A stretch of 63,717 bases of DNA, filler included, from Reticulomyxa filosa (Eukaryota; Protista; Foraminifera): NCBI GenBank assembly GCA_000512085.1. It is 18 parts of 18 records of this genome, joined end to end, with 100 filler letters (N's around TTAATTAATTAA, not from the genome) between each part and the next. Parts side by side here need not be neighbours in the genome. Positions count along the whole stretch, not along the records: positions 35,824 to 44,758 come from ASPP01005454.1; positions 44,859 to 49,342 come from ASPP01009961.1; 16 more parts are not named here. One strand, given 5' to 3'. The translations under genes and the position numbers were made by a program. Under the pieces are notes generated by a model. It was not told the origin of the DNA, searched no databases, and was given only the letters and a program-made list of their open reading frames with translations. Below, piece after piece: positions 37,683 through 49,442 of the stretch. Within the stretch, counting starts at the first letter, position 1, and each line of letters starts with the position of its first letter.

Positions 37683-40248
37683 ATGGGAAGTAGTATTCAG
37701 CGAAGAATTCAAGAAAATTCTTCTAGAAAAGAATCAGTTGATGATGTACCAGAACAATCGGATTCATCGGAACAGCATCAATCAGATGAACAAGAAAATG
37801 AACAATCAGATGAGCAATTAGATGAACAAGAAAATGAACAATCAGATGAACAAGAAAATGAACACTCAGATGAACCAGAACAACAAAACAAAGCAGAGCA
37901 GCAAGATGTAACAGATCATAAAGATAAATCAGATCATATCGCTGAATTAGAGCACAAAGATGAACTAGAACAACAGCAGTTAGATGAAAGTGCTATTGAA
38001 TCAGAATCAAAATCGGAAATAAAAGAATCAAATCAATCAGACTCAAAAGCATTGGATGATGCAACAAAATTATTAGTGAACTTAGAGATTGATTCTTCAA
38101 AATCAGGTGCAGTTGCAATTAAATCATCACAAGAAGAAAAAGGACAATCAGATGAAGTGGTAATTACACAATTCGCAAAATTAAAATTTCAACCAATGCC
38201 AAATATATCATTGGATGATACGACAAAACTATTAAGCGATTTAAATATTATGACAAAACAGCAGCAATTACATGGTGACATTTTAGCAAATGCACAGTCA
38301 CCACAATCAGTGGCAAATCCACAATTATCACATGATGAAAAGTCAGAATCACAACAATCTGTGGCAAATCCACTATCAATGCAATCATCACATGTGGAAA
38401 AGTCGGAATCACCACAATCTGTGGCAAATCCACAATCATTATCATCATCTGTAGTAAAGATATCATCACCACCGTCATCATATGTAGCAAAACAGTTATC
38501 ACCACGATATGTGGAAAATCAATTATCTCTATCATCACATGCGATAAATCAATCATTGCCTGTATCAAAGCAAAAATATCCATCTTCATCACCATCATCT
38601 GTGGCAAATCCACAATTCAAATCATCATTACTTATTACAAAGGCACAATCACCACAATCAATGGAGAATCCACAATTAACATCGCCATCTATGGCAAAGC
38701 ACACATCACAGTCATTATCATTACTTGTGGTAAATACACAGTTATCACAATCATCGTTATCAGTGGAAAAACAACATTCACCACTACCACCTGTTGCAGA
38801 TGTATCACAATCAATGGAAGATTCCATTAATTTAACAGACAACTTCAATTTGAAGTCACACCACGTAGGTGAATTGGTGCAAAATTCACAATTTACAACA
38901 TCACAACAGCAGCAATTATCATCACAAAAATTATTGCAGCAGGAAACTGTAGCAGCTATTACACAACAACAAACAAGCAAATTGCTACCGTTTTCAGAAG
39001 AGTCAACAAGATCGCATATATTACTATCTGAAGCATTACCACCTGCACAATCAAGTAAAGATGACACTGCAACATTAACCAGCCAGCAGTTTGTTCATCA
39101 ACAAGATGTAGTGGATACACAACAACAACCACGTTCGCTTGAACAGTTGCAATTGCCAGCAATGGCCACACAAACTACTATTGCAACATCTACTATTGAT
39201 ATACCAACACACAGACACACCCCGATTGACACTGTCATACACACATTCAAGGATATATCACCAATTTCCACATCCGCCAATGCATACACGGCCATACCAA
39301 CATCTATATCAAATATGGCAGTAAAGACACCACAATGTATTGTCACATCAACACATACGTCCACGCCTATATCAACATCAACACCAACACCAACATCAAC
39401 ACCAACATCAACACCAACATCAACACTAACATCAACACTAACACCAACACCAACATACATGCCAATAATCTCATATACGCACAAACACATGGCCGAATAC
39501 GAGACAGCATTAACATCACAATCTTCCATACGTTCGTTACAATTACAATCACCATTATCATCACCATCGCCAGCGCACAACTCTCAGATTACGACAAGGC
39601 AAATTCAATTAATTCAACAACAATTATTCCAAGAAAGAATAGAACTGTATTTTCGTAAAGGTATACGAACAATTTATATTTATTTACTTATAATATATTT
39701 GTTTGTTTGTATATATTTGCAGAAGAAAGGCAAGCACACATAATGTGTAATGAAAAAATCGCGCATGTCTTTTATGACAATGATGCTGCACAAAGAGGAA
39801 TGGGATATAAATTAACATACCGTTCAATAAAAGGTATTGTATAATATCATTTGATTATGATTACTATTATTTGTTTTTGTTTGTATATGAATTATATAAT
39901 ATAGATAATAAAGATAGAAAATTTGTCTTCCAAAATGAATGTTGGTCAAGACAAAACAATTACCAAGTGCCAGTATCAGACAAAACGGCATTTGAATATA
40001 TAATTAATTGGATGGTAATGATACTTATAATATTAGCTGCTGGTTATATTATGTTTTATAGTATAATACCAACAATGACACAAATACGAACATTATTGGA
40101 ATATTTGTGCAAACGCGACAATATTGATTATTATAAATGGGCACCGCATTTATGTATTGGATTTTTAATGTGTTTTGGGTTATTGTTACCTACAATTTGG
40201 AAACATCTGATTCATTTGAATCAAAAAACAAACAGGGAATTGTGTTGA
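37683..40248 (+). CDS. Large Ser/Gln/Thr-rich low-complexity protein with C-terminal hydrophobic segments
   Basis: ORF of about 680 aa with EQSDEQEN, SPQSVANPQ and TSTP repeats. Putative introns near 39661-39722 and 39834-39904 lead to an exon with two TM-like stretches. Confidence 0.6.
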
Positions 40249-40689
40249 AACTAGGTTGTACAATAATCAACGGACATAACTACTGTTAATTTTAATGATA
40301 AAACGTTATGTTGATCATTGATCATTATTTCAACAATTCTTATCATGCAATACGAATTTGTTATGTGATAATATGTTCAAAAACTTTTTTGTCAGACAAA
40401 AAAAAGGCAATCTTTTTTTGACAAAAAATAACTAATTCAAATTGATGTTGAGTCAAAGTACATTTCCGTGTCTAGACACCCTTTTGATGTTTTTTCTCTT
40501 TTTTGTAATATCACTTCTAAATTTTTTCAGAAAATAAATTTATAAGATTTTGAAAAATTTAGTTTATATGATCTTGTTTAAATTGCCTGCTTTATTTTTT
40601 TCTTTTGTCTTCTCTTACCAAACTTTTTGCAGTAGTTGACCCTGAAAAAAATTAAAAGCACAAAATTAACAAGTTCACAAACATTTATT

Positions 40690-41270
40690 CATTACAAATC
40701 AAAAATTACACAACGATAATCACAAAATAATTAATGGTTATTCGGTATTTGATAGATAAAATAGTTCGTGTATGGATTTTGATAATAATAAACTGATTCA
40801 ATCATTCAATGGGCATTCATCTGAAGTTTATTGGTGAAATTTTCATAATCATAATCATAATCTTTGTCAAAATGACATTTTTTCTTCATCAGAAAACAAA
40901 ACCATTCATTTTTAGAGTGTTAAACATAATAGGCAATTACAAATATTCAGTAGACACACTCATAATGTTTGTGAATTTTCATCATTTAATGATAGCAGAT
41001 ATTTGTTTTCTGAATTATATGCAAAAAATTTGTTTATGGAACGTTGGAACATCCAAATTATTTCGTGTTTTCAATGGACATGAACGTGGTGTTATATGTA
41101 TAGATGTCGTGCAAAGCAACAACAATGATATAAAAGGAATGATATTGGAGTAATTGATGATAATGCATATACAATTTGTCTTAGATCACTTGTACATGGA
41201 ATATTGAAACAGATAAATGATTATTGTATTCAAGAATATGAAGATATTGAATAGTGTAAAATATTGTCTG
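40690..41270 (+). pseudogene. WD40-repeat pseudogene
   Basis: ICLWNVGTSKLFRVFNGHERGVICID and other WD fragments broken by frameshifts. Confidence 0.7.
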
Positions 41271-42649
41271 AATCACAAGACATAAAGTATACTTTTGTAA
41301 TGAAAACAAGCAACTATAGTTGAACAAAGTAACACATGCTGACATCAATTGAATTTCTTGTTTTATAGATTGCGACTATTGAGCAACAAAAGCAAAATGT
41401 AATTTCAATTTGTAATCAAATGTTCCATTAAATGTGTTGAAGCAGTAAATTACAACTAAATAGAACTTCCAACGTGCTTTCTTCCTTTTAAGAAAAAGTT
41501 CTTGTCAATAGTGCATTCAATAATTAAAACAAGCAAAAAAAAGTTAAAACGAATAGATTATGGTGTCCCGCTGATATTTGAATAATGGAACGTATGCAAT
41601 TCTCTGTTTAAATATTTATCTTCTTTATGACGAAATGTCATAGCTGAATCGTCTTATGATTAAATTTTTCATTTTCACAATTTCGTTGAGAACAGCGGAA
41701 AAAGAAATAATCCATTTATGCTCTTTTATTCTTTTCGACAAATGGCAAACCATTTTTTTCACAAAATAAATTGATATTGTGAATTTAAAAGACACGGCCA
41801 TAAGTAAAAATATCATCTGTGGTTTTTTTAATAGATTGTAATTAGGTGGCCATATTACTCCTAGATTTTTAATTTGTATTTTTTTAGAAGAAATAATAAT
41901 TCATTTGTATATTTCATATCTAAACATGCATGTATAATTTAATCATCAAAAAAAATGTTTCTGTGTTTAAATTATTGACATAAACGCACCAATACGAATA
42001 GCATTGCCTAATACTCGTGCAAGCCCGCACATTGCGAAATCGAAAAGTATTTTTATCCTTGTTGTATTCAATTGACAATCCTGTATTCTTGGGTTTGGTA
42101 CCAAGCTTAAACAGTAGTCACACACTTTGATCCAAAATTTGCTTTGGTACTTATAAATTCATATTGAAATTCATATCTTTTTCTTAAATTTTGAAGATTA
42201 TGCTATCAGGTATTATTATATTCGCTGATATGCTTTTTATTGTTTTGTTATTCAAAATTCGTTTGTTAAAATTTGCAAATATCTGCTTGTCATTGATATC
42301 CTTATGATTTAAATTGTTTACATTTAAGTGTTTAATCATTGTTGTGTTGCAAGAATATACACAATAATAATACAGAAGATTACATTAAAACAAATGTAAA
42401 TACTATCATAACGATAATGTAATTATGTTTCTTTTTTTGTTTTCCATTATTTAGTGGTCTTTAAAATTATTTAATTGATTCAAACAAAGTAAAAGTTGTG
42501 TTGTCAATGCTATGAGAAATATTTACAAATTTCAATTGATCATACTCGCGTTACTACTTTGCACAATAGCCTTCAATAAACGTTGAGATCAAATAATTTT
42601 TTATTTTTAATTATTAAATGTATTTAACAAGCATACTTAAAATGGATTT

Positions 42650-43800
42650 TATTCACACAAATATAAGAAAAACATCAAAGTGTTCCACCTGTTGTTTCAC
42701 AAGCAATTTTTGTTCATCTTTAAAATCCTTTGCGTCTTTCAAAAGACTGCCTTTCATTGACAAACCTCTTTGAGCTCCTACTTTTCAATATAATCTACCA
42801 CACTAGTTTCAGTTACATTCAAATTATACCATCTTTGAGCCAGATGCAATTTTGGAGCCATCAAATGAAAATCCTGTTGTATTTGTAGCACTTGACTCTT
42901 CTAAAACTTGTAGTTGTTTTCCAGACAACAAATCCCATATCGAATAGTTTTATCATTTGAGTATGATATAATTTTTGATCCATTGGATATGAATTGTATT
43001 CCAATTGTCTCATTTTCATGTTCTTCTAATGATAAAAGTTGTTTCAGAAAATACATTCCATATTCGAACGGGGCACCTCTTGAACACGAAACAATTTTAG
43101 AAAATCTAATGAAATTTCACTTTTGTTACCCGGCTTGAATGCCCACTTAATAATTGAATCTGCTTCCCAGAGGACACATCCCATAGTCGAATAGTGTTGT
43201 CATATGAACAAGATGCAATCTTAGACTAGTATGACGAAAATTTTACTTAATTTACATTACAGTAATATCCTTCCAAACTATCGAATTTGTTACATAATAG
43301 TACATACCATAGAATAACTGCATCCCATGCACATGATAAAATTTTGGAACCATTATATGAAAATTGAACTCCATTTATTCAATCTGGCTATCCTTATAAA
43401 TATGCATATTCTCAAAAATAAATATTATTCATGGACGCATTTGTGAAATTGGCCTTGGTTAAACAAGTCTGATAAAAATCCACATGATCTAAATTAGTAT
43501 TAGTAAAATTAGTTTCTTCAAGGAATAAATGATGTAAAATTACATAAGAAATTTTTATATTATTTCAATTTTGATAGTCTATATCAATATTAGCTGAACT
43601 TAGTATAGTGATTGCACTTGCCGCTGCAACAATAATATTTTCATTATTCTTTGATGATTTAATAATTCTAAATAATCTTAATCTAAAGTTTATAAATATT
43701 GGATTACTGTCATGTATTCTTTCTGCAATAAATTGAATAATTCCCAATTCTTCATTTAATAATTTATAATTGACATAAAATTTTTGAACATGTGTTTCAA
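42650..43800 (-). pseudogene. Pentapeptide-repeat plus WD40 protein pseudogene
   Basis: GIIQFIAERIHD..AAASAITILSSAN, ETNFTNTNLDHVDFYQTCLTKANFTNASM (pentapeptides), then GVQFSYNGSKILSCAWD-type WD repeats with stops. Confidence 0.7.
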
Positions 43801-44064
43801 ATTGTTATTAAAATTGTCGATTATCAACAGTAACAATATCGCGTTTCCATAAAATGATAGATTAGAAAAAATCATTGATGGGCAAGGTGTAATTTTTATA
43901 TTTTTTTGTTCAAATAGTCACAATAAGGAAATGAATTAAATACATACCCTTTTAAAATATATGCATTACAATTTTTTTAAAAAAATTTTTTTTGATGTGC
44001 ATTTGTAATTGCTATTCCTTTTCGATTATCTTTGACAAACGAGATTCTGTTTTGTTGACATATA

Positions 44065-44190
44065 AAGTAGATTGCAAAAAAAACTGACATACCTATATGA
44101 AGAAAATCGATTTTCTCCATGAAAAATACAGATTTAAACCTAATTTCTTTTTTAAATATATACTAATCTTGTAGTTTTTAAATATTAAAA
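44065..44190. mobile_element. Tc1-family TIR relic
   Basis: AGTAGATTGCAAAAAAAACTGACA..GATTTTCTCCATGAA..GTAGTTTTTAAATAT matches the TIR consensus. Confidence 0.55.
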
Positions 44191-44914
44191 TTATTTTTTT
44201 TTTTTTGCTAATTTTTTTTATTGTTGATATTTTTAATTGACATCTCAAAATTTTGATATTTAAAATAGTGAAACATTTGATTGCTTTTAAGAAGAGAGTT
44301 GCTGTTGGTGCAGCTAGTATTTGATCTGTAGCAAAGAAATTTAATATAAGTATAGCTTCGATTTTGGCTGTCGTTTAATGGAATCATAAAACAAAAAGCT
44401 GGATCTGGTAGGTCAGAGAAGATTCATCATGTCACAAACTAAAAAAATAATGGCTTGGTTTAAAAACAATAATAGAACTGATAAATTTTCCTTATATTAA
44501 ATCCAATTTAGAGCATTTGGTAATTAAAGAAAAATTATATAAAGGCAAAAAAATTAACAAACAATAACTTTGGAAAAAATTTGAAAAATTTTTAAAAAGA
44601 CTGAGACTAAACTGTGTCAAGCTCTAGTTGAGCCAATGCCACAAGGAAAATCAACAAAATACTAAAAATATTACAAAAATTTTTTTAAATAAAAAAAAAT
44701 TTTAAAAAAAAATTTCAAAATTTTGTTAAAAATTACGAAAGATACAAGGCTAATCTTTNNNNNNNNNNNNNNNNNNNNNNNNNNNNNNNNNNNNNNNNNN
44801 NNTTAATTAATTAANNNNNNNNNNNNNNNNNNNNNNNNNNNNNNNNNNNNNNNNNNNNTTTTTTTTTTTTTTTTAAAAAAAGAGCTTTTGATAGGAATAA
44901 AATGAGAATTGATA

Positions 44915-45475
44915 CTACCTTGTTGGATCTTGAAATGAACTTGGATTGTTGTTGTTGTTGCTGTCGGTGGCATTCACAGAAACAATGGCGTTAGCTCCTC
45001 GCTTGTTCCTTGCGTCTTCCGTAAAAAAGTTGTAGTTATAACGGTATGTGTCTAACACGTTCGCACCCTCTTGTGGCGATAACAGATCTTGCACGGGTGG
45101 CTCTCTGTACACTTGACGTTGAAAATTTGTTTTCTTGTTAACTTGCATCATTGTCATTGGCTTTTTATTTGGGTCAAATATCACCACATACAAATTCGGG
45201 TCGCTTTGGAAATAGCCATTTTTCAATGGTATGGTCGTTGCTGCTTTCGATTGATACACTCTTTCTATCGTTTTAGATATATCTTCGTCGTATTCCATTG
45301 GCGAACCATCCACCATACAATACCATTTTATCTCTTTTTCCCCCTCTTTTCTCGCGTTCCCTTTTCCCTCTGTCTTTTTTTGATCGGTTATATTCTTCTT
45401 TCCTTTCTCCCCTACATCCTCAGAATTTTCTTTTTTCTTTTTTGCATTATTTCGAGTGGCACTCCCAGAGCTCAT
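44915..45475 (-). CDS. WWE-domain protein, 3'-partial
   Basis: WY..YDEDISKTIERVY..YVVIF..MMQVNKKTNFQRQVYR fits the WWE pattern. It ends at a donor-like AG|GTAGTA before the gap. Confidence 0.7.
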   Translation of the reverse strand: MSSGSATRNNAKKKKENSEDVGEKGKKNITDQKKTEGKGNARKEGEKEIKWYCMVDGSPMEYDEDISKTIERVYQSKAATTIPLKNGYFQSDPNLYVVIFDPNKKPMTMMQVNKKTNFQRQVYREPPVQDLLSPQEGANVLDTYRYNYNFFTEDARNKRGANAIVSVNATDSNNNNNPSSFQDPTR

Positions 45476-45875
45476 GTTTCTCTCCCTTTTCTATATTTGC
45501 TTTGACTGTCTAGAACCTGAACTCTTTTTCTCCTTTGGTTACAAAAAACAAACACACGTGTGCTACCAGTTTAGTGTGTCAGTACTTTTGCGGATAATAT
45601 TTGGAAAAATCGCAGACAAATTTGCATGTAATTTTTATAGGATAACTTTTCAACATTGGTAATTACTCTTATAGGGGAGAATGTTTTATGAGTCATTCTT
45701 GTAAGTTGATCCAAATACGTAAAACTCATAACATTCAGCAAGTTGGAGAGAACTTTACATATGTAAATATAGAATACAAGAATTTCAAATATTTAAATGA
45801 CTACTAATTATAAAGTCATTGCTGAATCGCTGAAGATTTGTAGCAAATCCGAAAAGATAAAAATTAAGTGAAATA

Positions 45876-46010
45876 AAGTAGAATGCAAAAGAAAGTTGAC
45901 ACATAACACGACACCTTATATAGTGATCGTTTTTCTTCATGAAGGAACAGCGTTTAGATCCAATTTTTTTTCATTTAAAAAAATGCAGTTTTTAAATATT
46001 GTTTTGATTT
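45876..46010. mobile_element. Tc1-family TIR relic
   Basis: AGTAGAATGCAAAAGAAAGTTGACAC..CACCTTATA..TTTTCTTCATGAAG matches the TIR of 46940-48796. Confidence 0.65.
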
Positions 46011-46089
46011 TTTATCAAATCTTAATGATTGTTTGAAAATTTAAATATTTTTTCGACAGGGTCATAAAGAATTGCTTAAATTTTTCTTG

Positions 46090-46760
46090 TTTTTTTTAAT
46101 GCTGTTGATTGGAGCAATTATCTTCCATTTGGATGTACATACGACCACTTCATTCAAAATGTGTTGAATTCTATAAGTTCCAGCGAATATATGTTCGAAA
46201 CAGTGTCCCTCATTGATCATCATCGTCCCACTTCTATTTCTATTGTAACGACATAATGAATACAATAGAGGACAATGTTGATTATTTGCAGATAATGTGA
46301 CGCTTTGGACTTCAATATGCATGAGCAATGAAAAAATAAATCGATAGCAACTGAACAAGATACAACATCACAATCTACATACTATGTCTTTCAGAAAGAT
46401 ATCCATCTCGCAATAGGCTGTCGTATGCGGAAGATATGTCAATGAATACTACATACTGTACTGAGTCTGTATCAAATGATAAATGTATAGGCACTGTTAA
46501 TCGTAGGGCAATTCATATGTATTGTGTCATGACCGGAATCATTACGGAACATGTTGTTCTCGTTCAAGTACAACACCATGAGCATTGCAATGATACTATC
46601 CAACATTTTGCCAACTCCAGATAACAGTGTAATTGACCTGTAGTTCTTACAGATGATATGATCAATGTCTTCAGAATCTGCACGATATTTGTATTCTTCA
46701 ATAGTCTTGGAACGTGTCATATTTTGAACTACAATCAAACAATTACACTAGAGTGTTTAT
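46090..46760 (-). mobile_element. Degenerate non-LTR (LINE) retrotransposon reverse transcriptase
   Basis: KNYRSITLLSGVGKMLDSII..YLNENN (cf. NYRPISLL..GK.LE.II) and VVFIDISSAYDSL..DG (cf. FLDISKAFDSV). Frameshifted. Confidence 0.8.
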
Positions 46761-46939
46761 CATTATCTGCACTATGTTCTTAGCAACTAGTTATGCACCT
46801 TATATTTTATGTGCTGATATATGTCTTACTTCATCTTCAGTTATTCGACCTTGATGCAGTGCAAGTGGATCTGGCAATTCATTGACTTTTTGTTTTCGTG
46901 ACATTCACACTGTTGTGATTTCATTATCACAAACTGATA

Positions 46940-48796
46940 CAATAGAATGCAAAGTAAAGTTGACACCTAAGACTGCATATTATATAGATGATTGGCTTTC
47001 TTCACGAAAAAACAACATTTATACATAATTTTTTAAAAATATATACGAATCGTATAGTTTTTAAATATCGTTTTGATTATATATATATATTTTCTAATTA
47101 TTTTAATATTTGTAATTTTTTTTTTCTTTTTTTTAGCTAAGTATAGTTTGGTCATTTTCAAAAAAAGTGATTAAAATATCAAATGCCGAAGGAGTTGAAA
47201 AAGTTATTAAGAAAAAACCAAGAAAATGGCTTTCGTTAAAAGTACCAGAACAAATTTATTACACAGTAGATGGTTACTGACAAATGTGTTAAAGCTGAAG
47301 AATTGAAAAGAGTACTTGAAAAAGAAAGTTTTGCTTCTATTTCATGTGCAACAATATCCAGTGTGGTACGTCTGCTGATAGTATTGGTGCAATACTGTAA
47401 TACGATAGTGTTTACTTAGAACAGAATCGTAGTTTTGTAAAACGAAAGTAATTTAATAATAAAACAAAAAGAAAAGTAAAGTAAAGAAAAGTAACAAAGT
47501 AAGAAGTAGGTTGTTGAGGAAGTTTAACCTACTGTGGATTCCATTGACGTTAAGATATTTATTATATGGACTTGCCCTACACCAGTATGCTTCGAAAAAA
47601 CAGATTGAATGATATTACTTTAAAGAAAAAAATATTTTTAACAAAAAAAAATAAGAAAACAAGACTAGATTTTGCAAAGGAGTACAATAAATTGACATTA
47701 GATGACTGGAAAAAAGTGCTTTTCTATGATGAAAGCAAAATTAGTTTAAGATGTTGTGATTGAAAACGTCATATTTGGAAGAGACCACTTACCGAAAATG
47801 CAATTATAAAAACATCAAAATTTAGTTATTGAGGCATAATCGTGTGCTTGCTTTGGAGGTTAGGACCAGGGTATGAATGTAAAATTGATTGATTTGTAAT
47901 GCAGATATTTACAAAGAAATTCTAAGTGATAAAATGCATTAATTGGTGTTTAGAAGATAATGAATATTGTATATTTCAGCAAGATAATGCAACAAGCAAT
48001 TACAGCGAAAGAATATCAAAGATTGAATTTCACTATAAATCCTCCAGATCCGAACCAAATCAAAAATCTGTGAATAGTGAAAACAAAAATATTCAAAAAT
48101 AGACCATTCAGATCAAAAGAAGAACTTTGTAAACAATTTGAATTAGAATGTGAAAAAATTGACAAATAAATATGCACAAACGTAATAAAATCAATATCAG
48201 AGCAAGCACAAGCATTATACAAGGCAAAAGGTGATTTAACAAAATGATAATTTTCACTAAAAAAAATCTTACTACAAAAAAAAATTCTTATGCTTTTGAA
48301 TTAACTTGACTTGTTTAGCATTGGACAAAAAAAGGCAAAAAAACCAATGATGAGCGTAGACAAAGCAAAGAGTAGTCAAAAACTATAACGCCTTTACAAT
48401 GCACAAACTTTAAAAATAACATTAAATTCTGCAAACAAATTTTTGATAACAAAAAATTGAGTTTTCTCAAAAACTACACAATGTAGAATGCTAATTTTTT
48501 TTAATATCTACGTATTGAGCACTTCTGAAAAATGCTTAAAAAAGTTTTCAAATTTCATATTTACGACAAGGTCACAATTGTCAACTTTTTCTCGAAAATT
48601 TTCAAAAATCAATAAATATTCAAATTTTTTAAACAATTAATAAAGATGTAATAAAAAACTAAAATGATATTTAAAAACTACAATTCGTAGATATTTTTTT
48701 TTTTAAATTAGGTCTGAATGTCGTTTCTTCATGAAGAAAATCAATTATCTTTATAAGGTGCCGTTTTAGGTGTCAAATTTACTTTGCATTATACTG
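46940..48796 (+). mobile_element. Full-length decayed Tc1/mariner DNA transposon with ~130-bp TIRs, TA flanks and a DDE transposase pseudogene (~47170-48250)
   Basis: The left end TA|CAATAGAATGCAAAGTAAAGTTGACACCTAA is the inverted copy of the right end TTAGGTGTCAAATTTACTTTGCATTATACTG|TA. Transposase motifs: LTKKNKKTRLDFAK, WKKVLFYDESK, IFQQDNA, PDPNQIKNL and AKGDLTK. Confidence 0.9.
47362..47581. mobile_element. 220-bp solo-LTR-like insertion (TG...CA) with a 4-bp CCAG target-site duplication
   Basis: CCAG|TGTGG...CCCTACA|CCAG. Removing it restores the transposase frame ATISSMLRKNRL. Confidence 0.8.
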
Positions 48797-49135
48797 TATT
48801 TAAAGAATTCTTTTGCAAGTTGAAACAGATAGATTATGGAAATAAATATCATTTTCAACTTCTTTCTTCATTCAAGGGCTGTAGAACATTTGCCAGATAC
48901 TAGTAACCGCATAAATTTTCTTTCGTATATGTGTCAATTTTTTTGGTAAATCTATTTTGTGTTTTTGTGATGTTACATTATATCGAATTACTGTTTTTCT
49001 TTTAATTTGGCTTATTTTCCCAATATTAGTTCCAGTTTATTGCTTTTTCTTTCGATAAGACAATCTTTTTTTAATAAAATTTCTACAATCTTAATTTTTC
49101 TGGATTCAATTGATTTCATATTAATTTTTCTTATA

Positions 49136-49275
49136 CAGTAGGTTGCAAAAAAAACTGAATGCCTAAAACATATCTTATGATGATAATTGATTTTCTCAAT
49201 GAAAAATCAACATTTAGACCTAATTTTTTAAAAAAAGTATCTAAAAGTCTTGTAGTTTTTAAATATGGTATTGAT
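49136..49275. mobile_element. Tc1-family TIR relic
   Basis: TA|CAGTAGGTTGCAAAAAAAACTG..GATAATTGATTTTCTC..GTAGTTTTTAAATAT. Confidence 0.65.
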
Positions 49276-49442
49276 TTTTTAATAATTTTTTTTTTGTAGG
49301 ATGAAATCACCATTCTTTCAAATGATTTTTGAAAATTCTGCGNNNNNNNNNNNNNNNNNNNNNNNNNNNNNNNNNNNNNNNNNNNNTTAATTAATTAANN
49401 NNNNNNNNNNNNNNNNNNNNNNNNNNNNNNNNNNNNNNNNNN

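Noticed and set aside
41600-42350. Possible caspase-like pseudogene on the minus strand
   Set aside because: Only a vague ISEY..NL.N resemblance. No catalytic His/Cys motif could be read.
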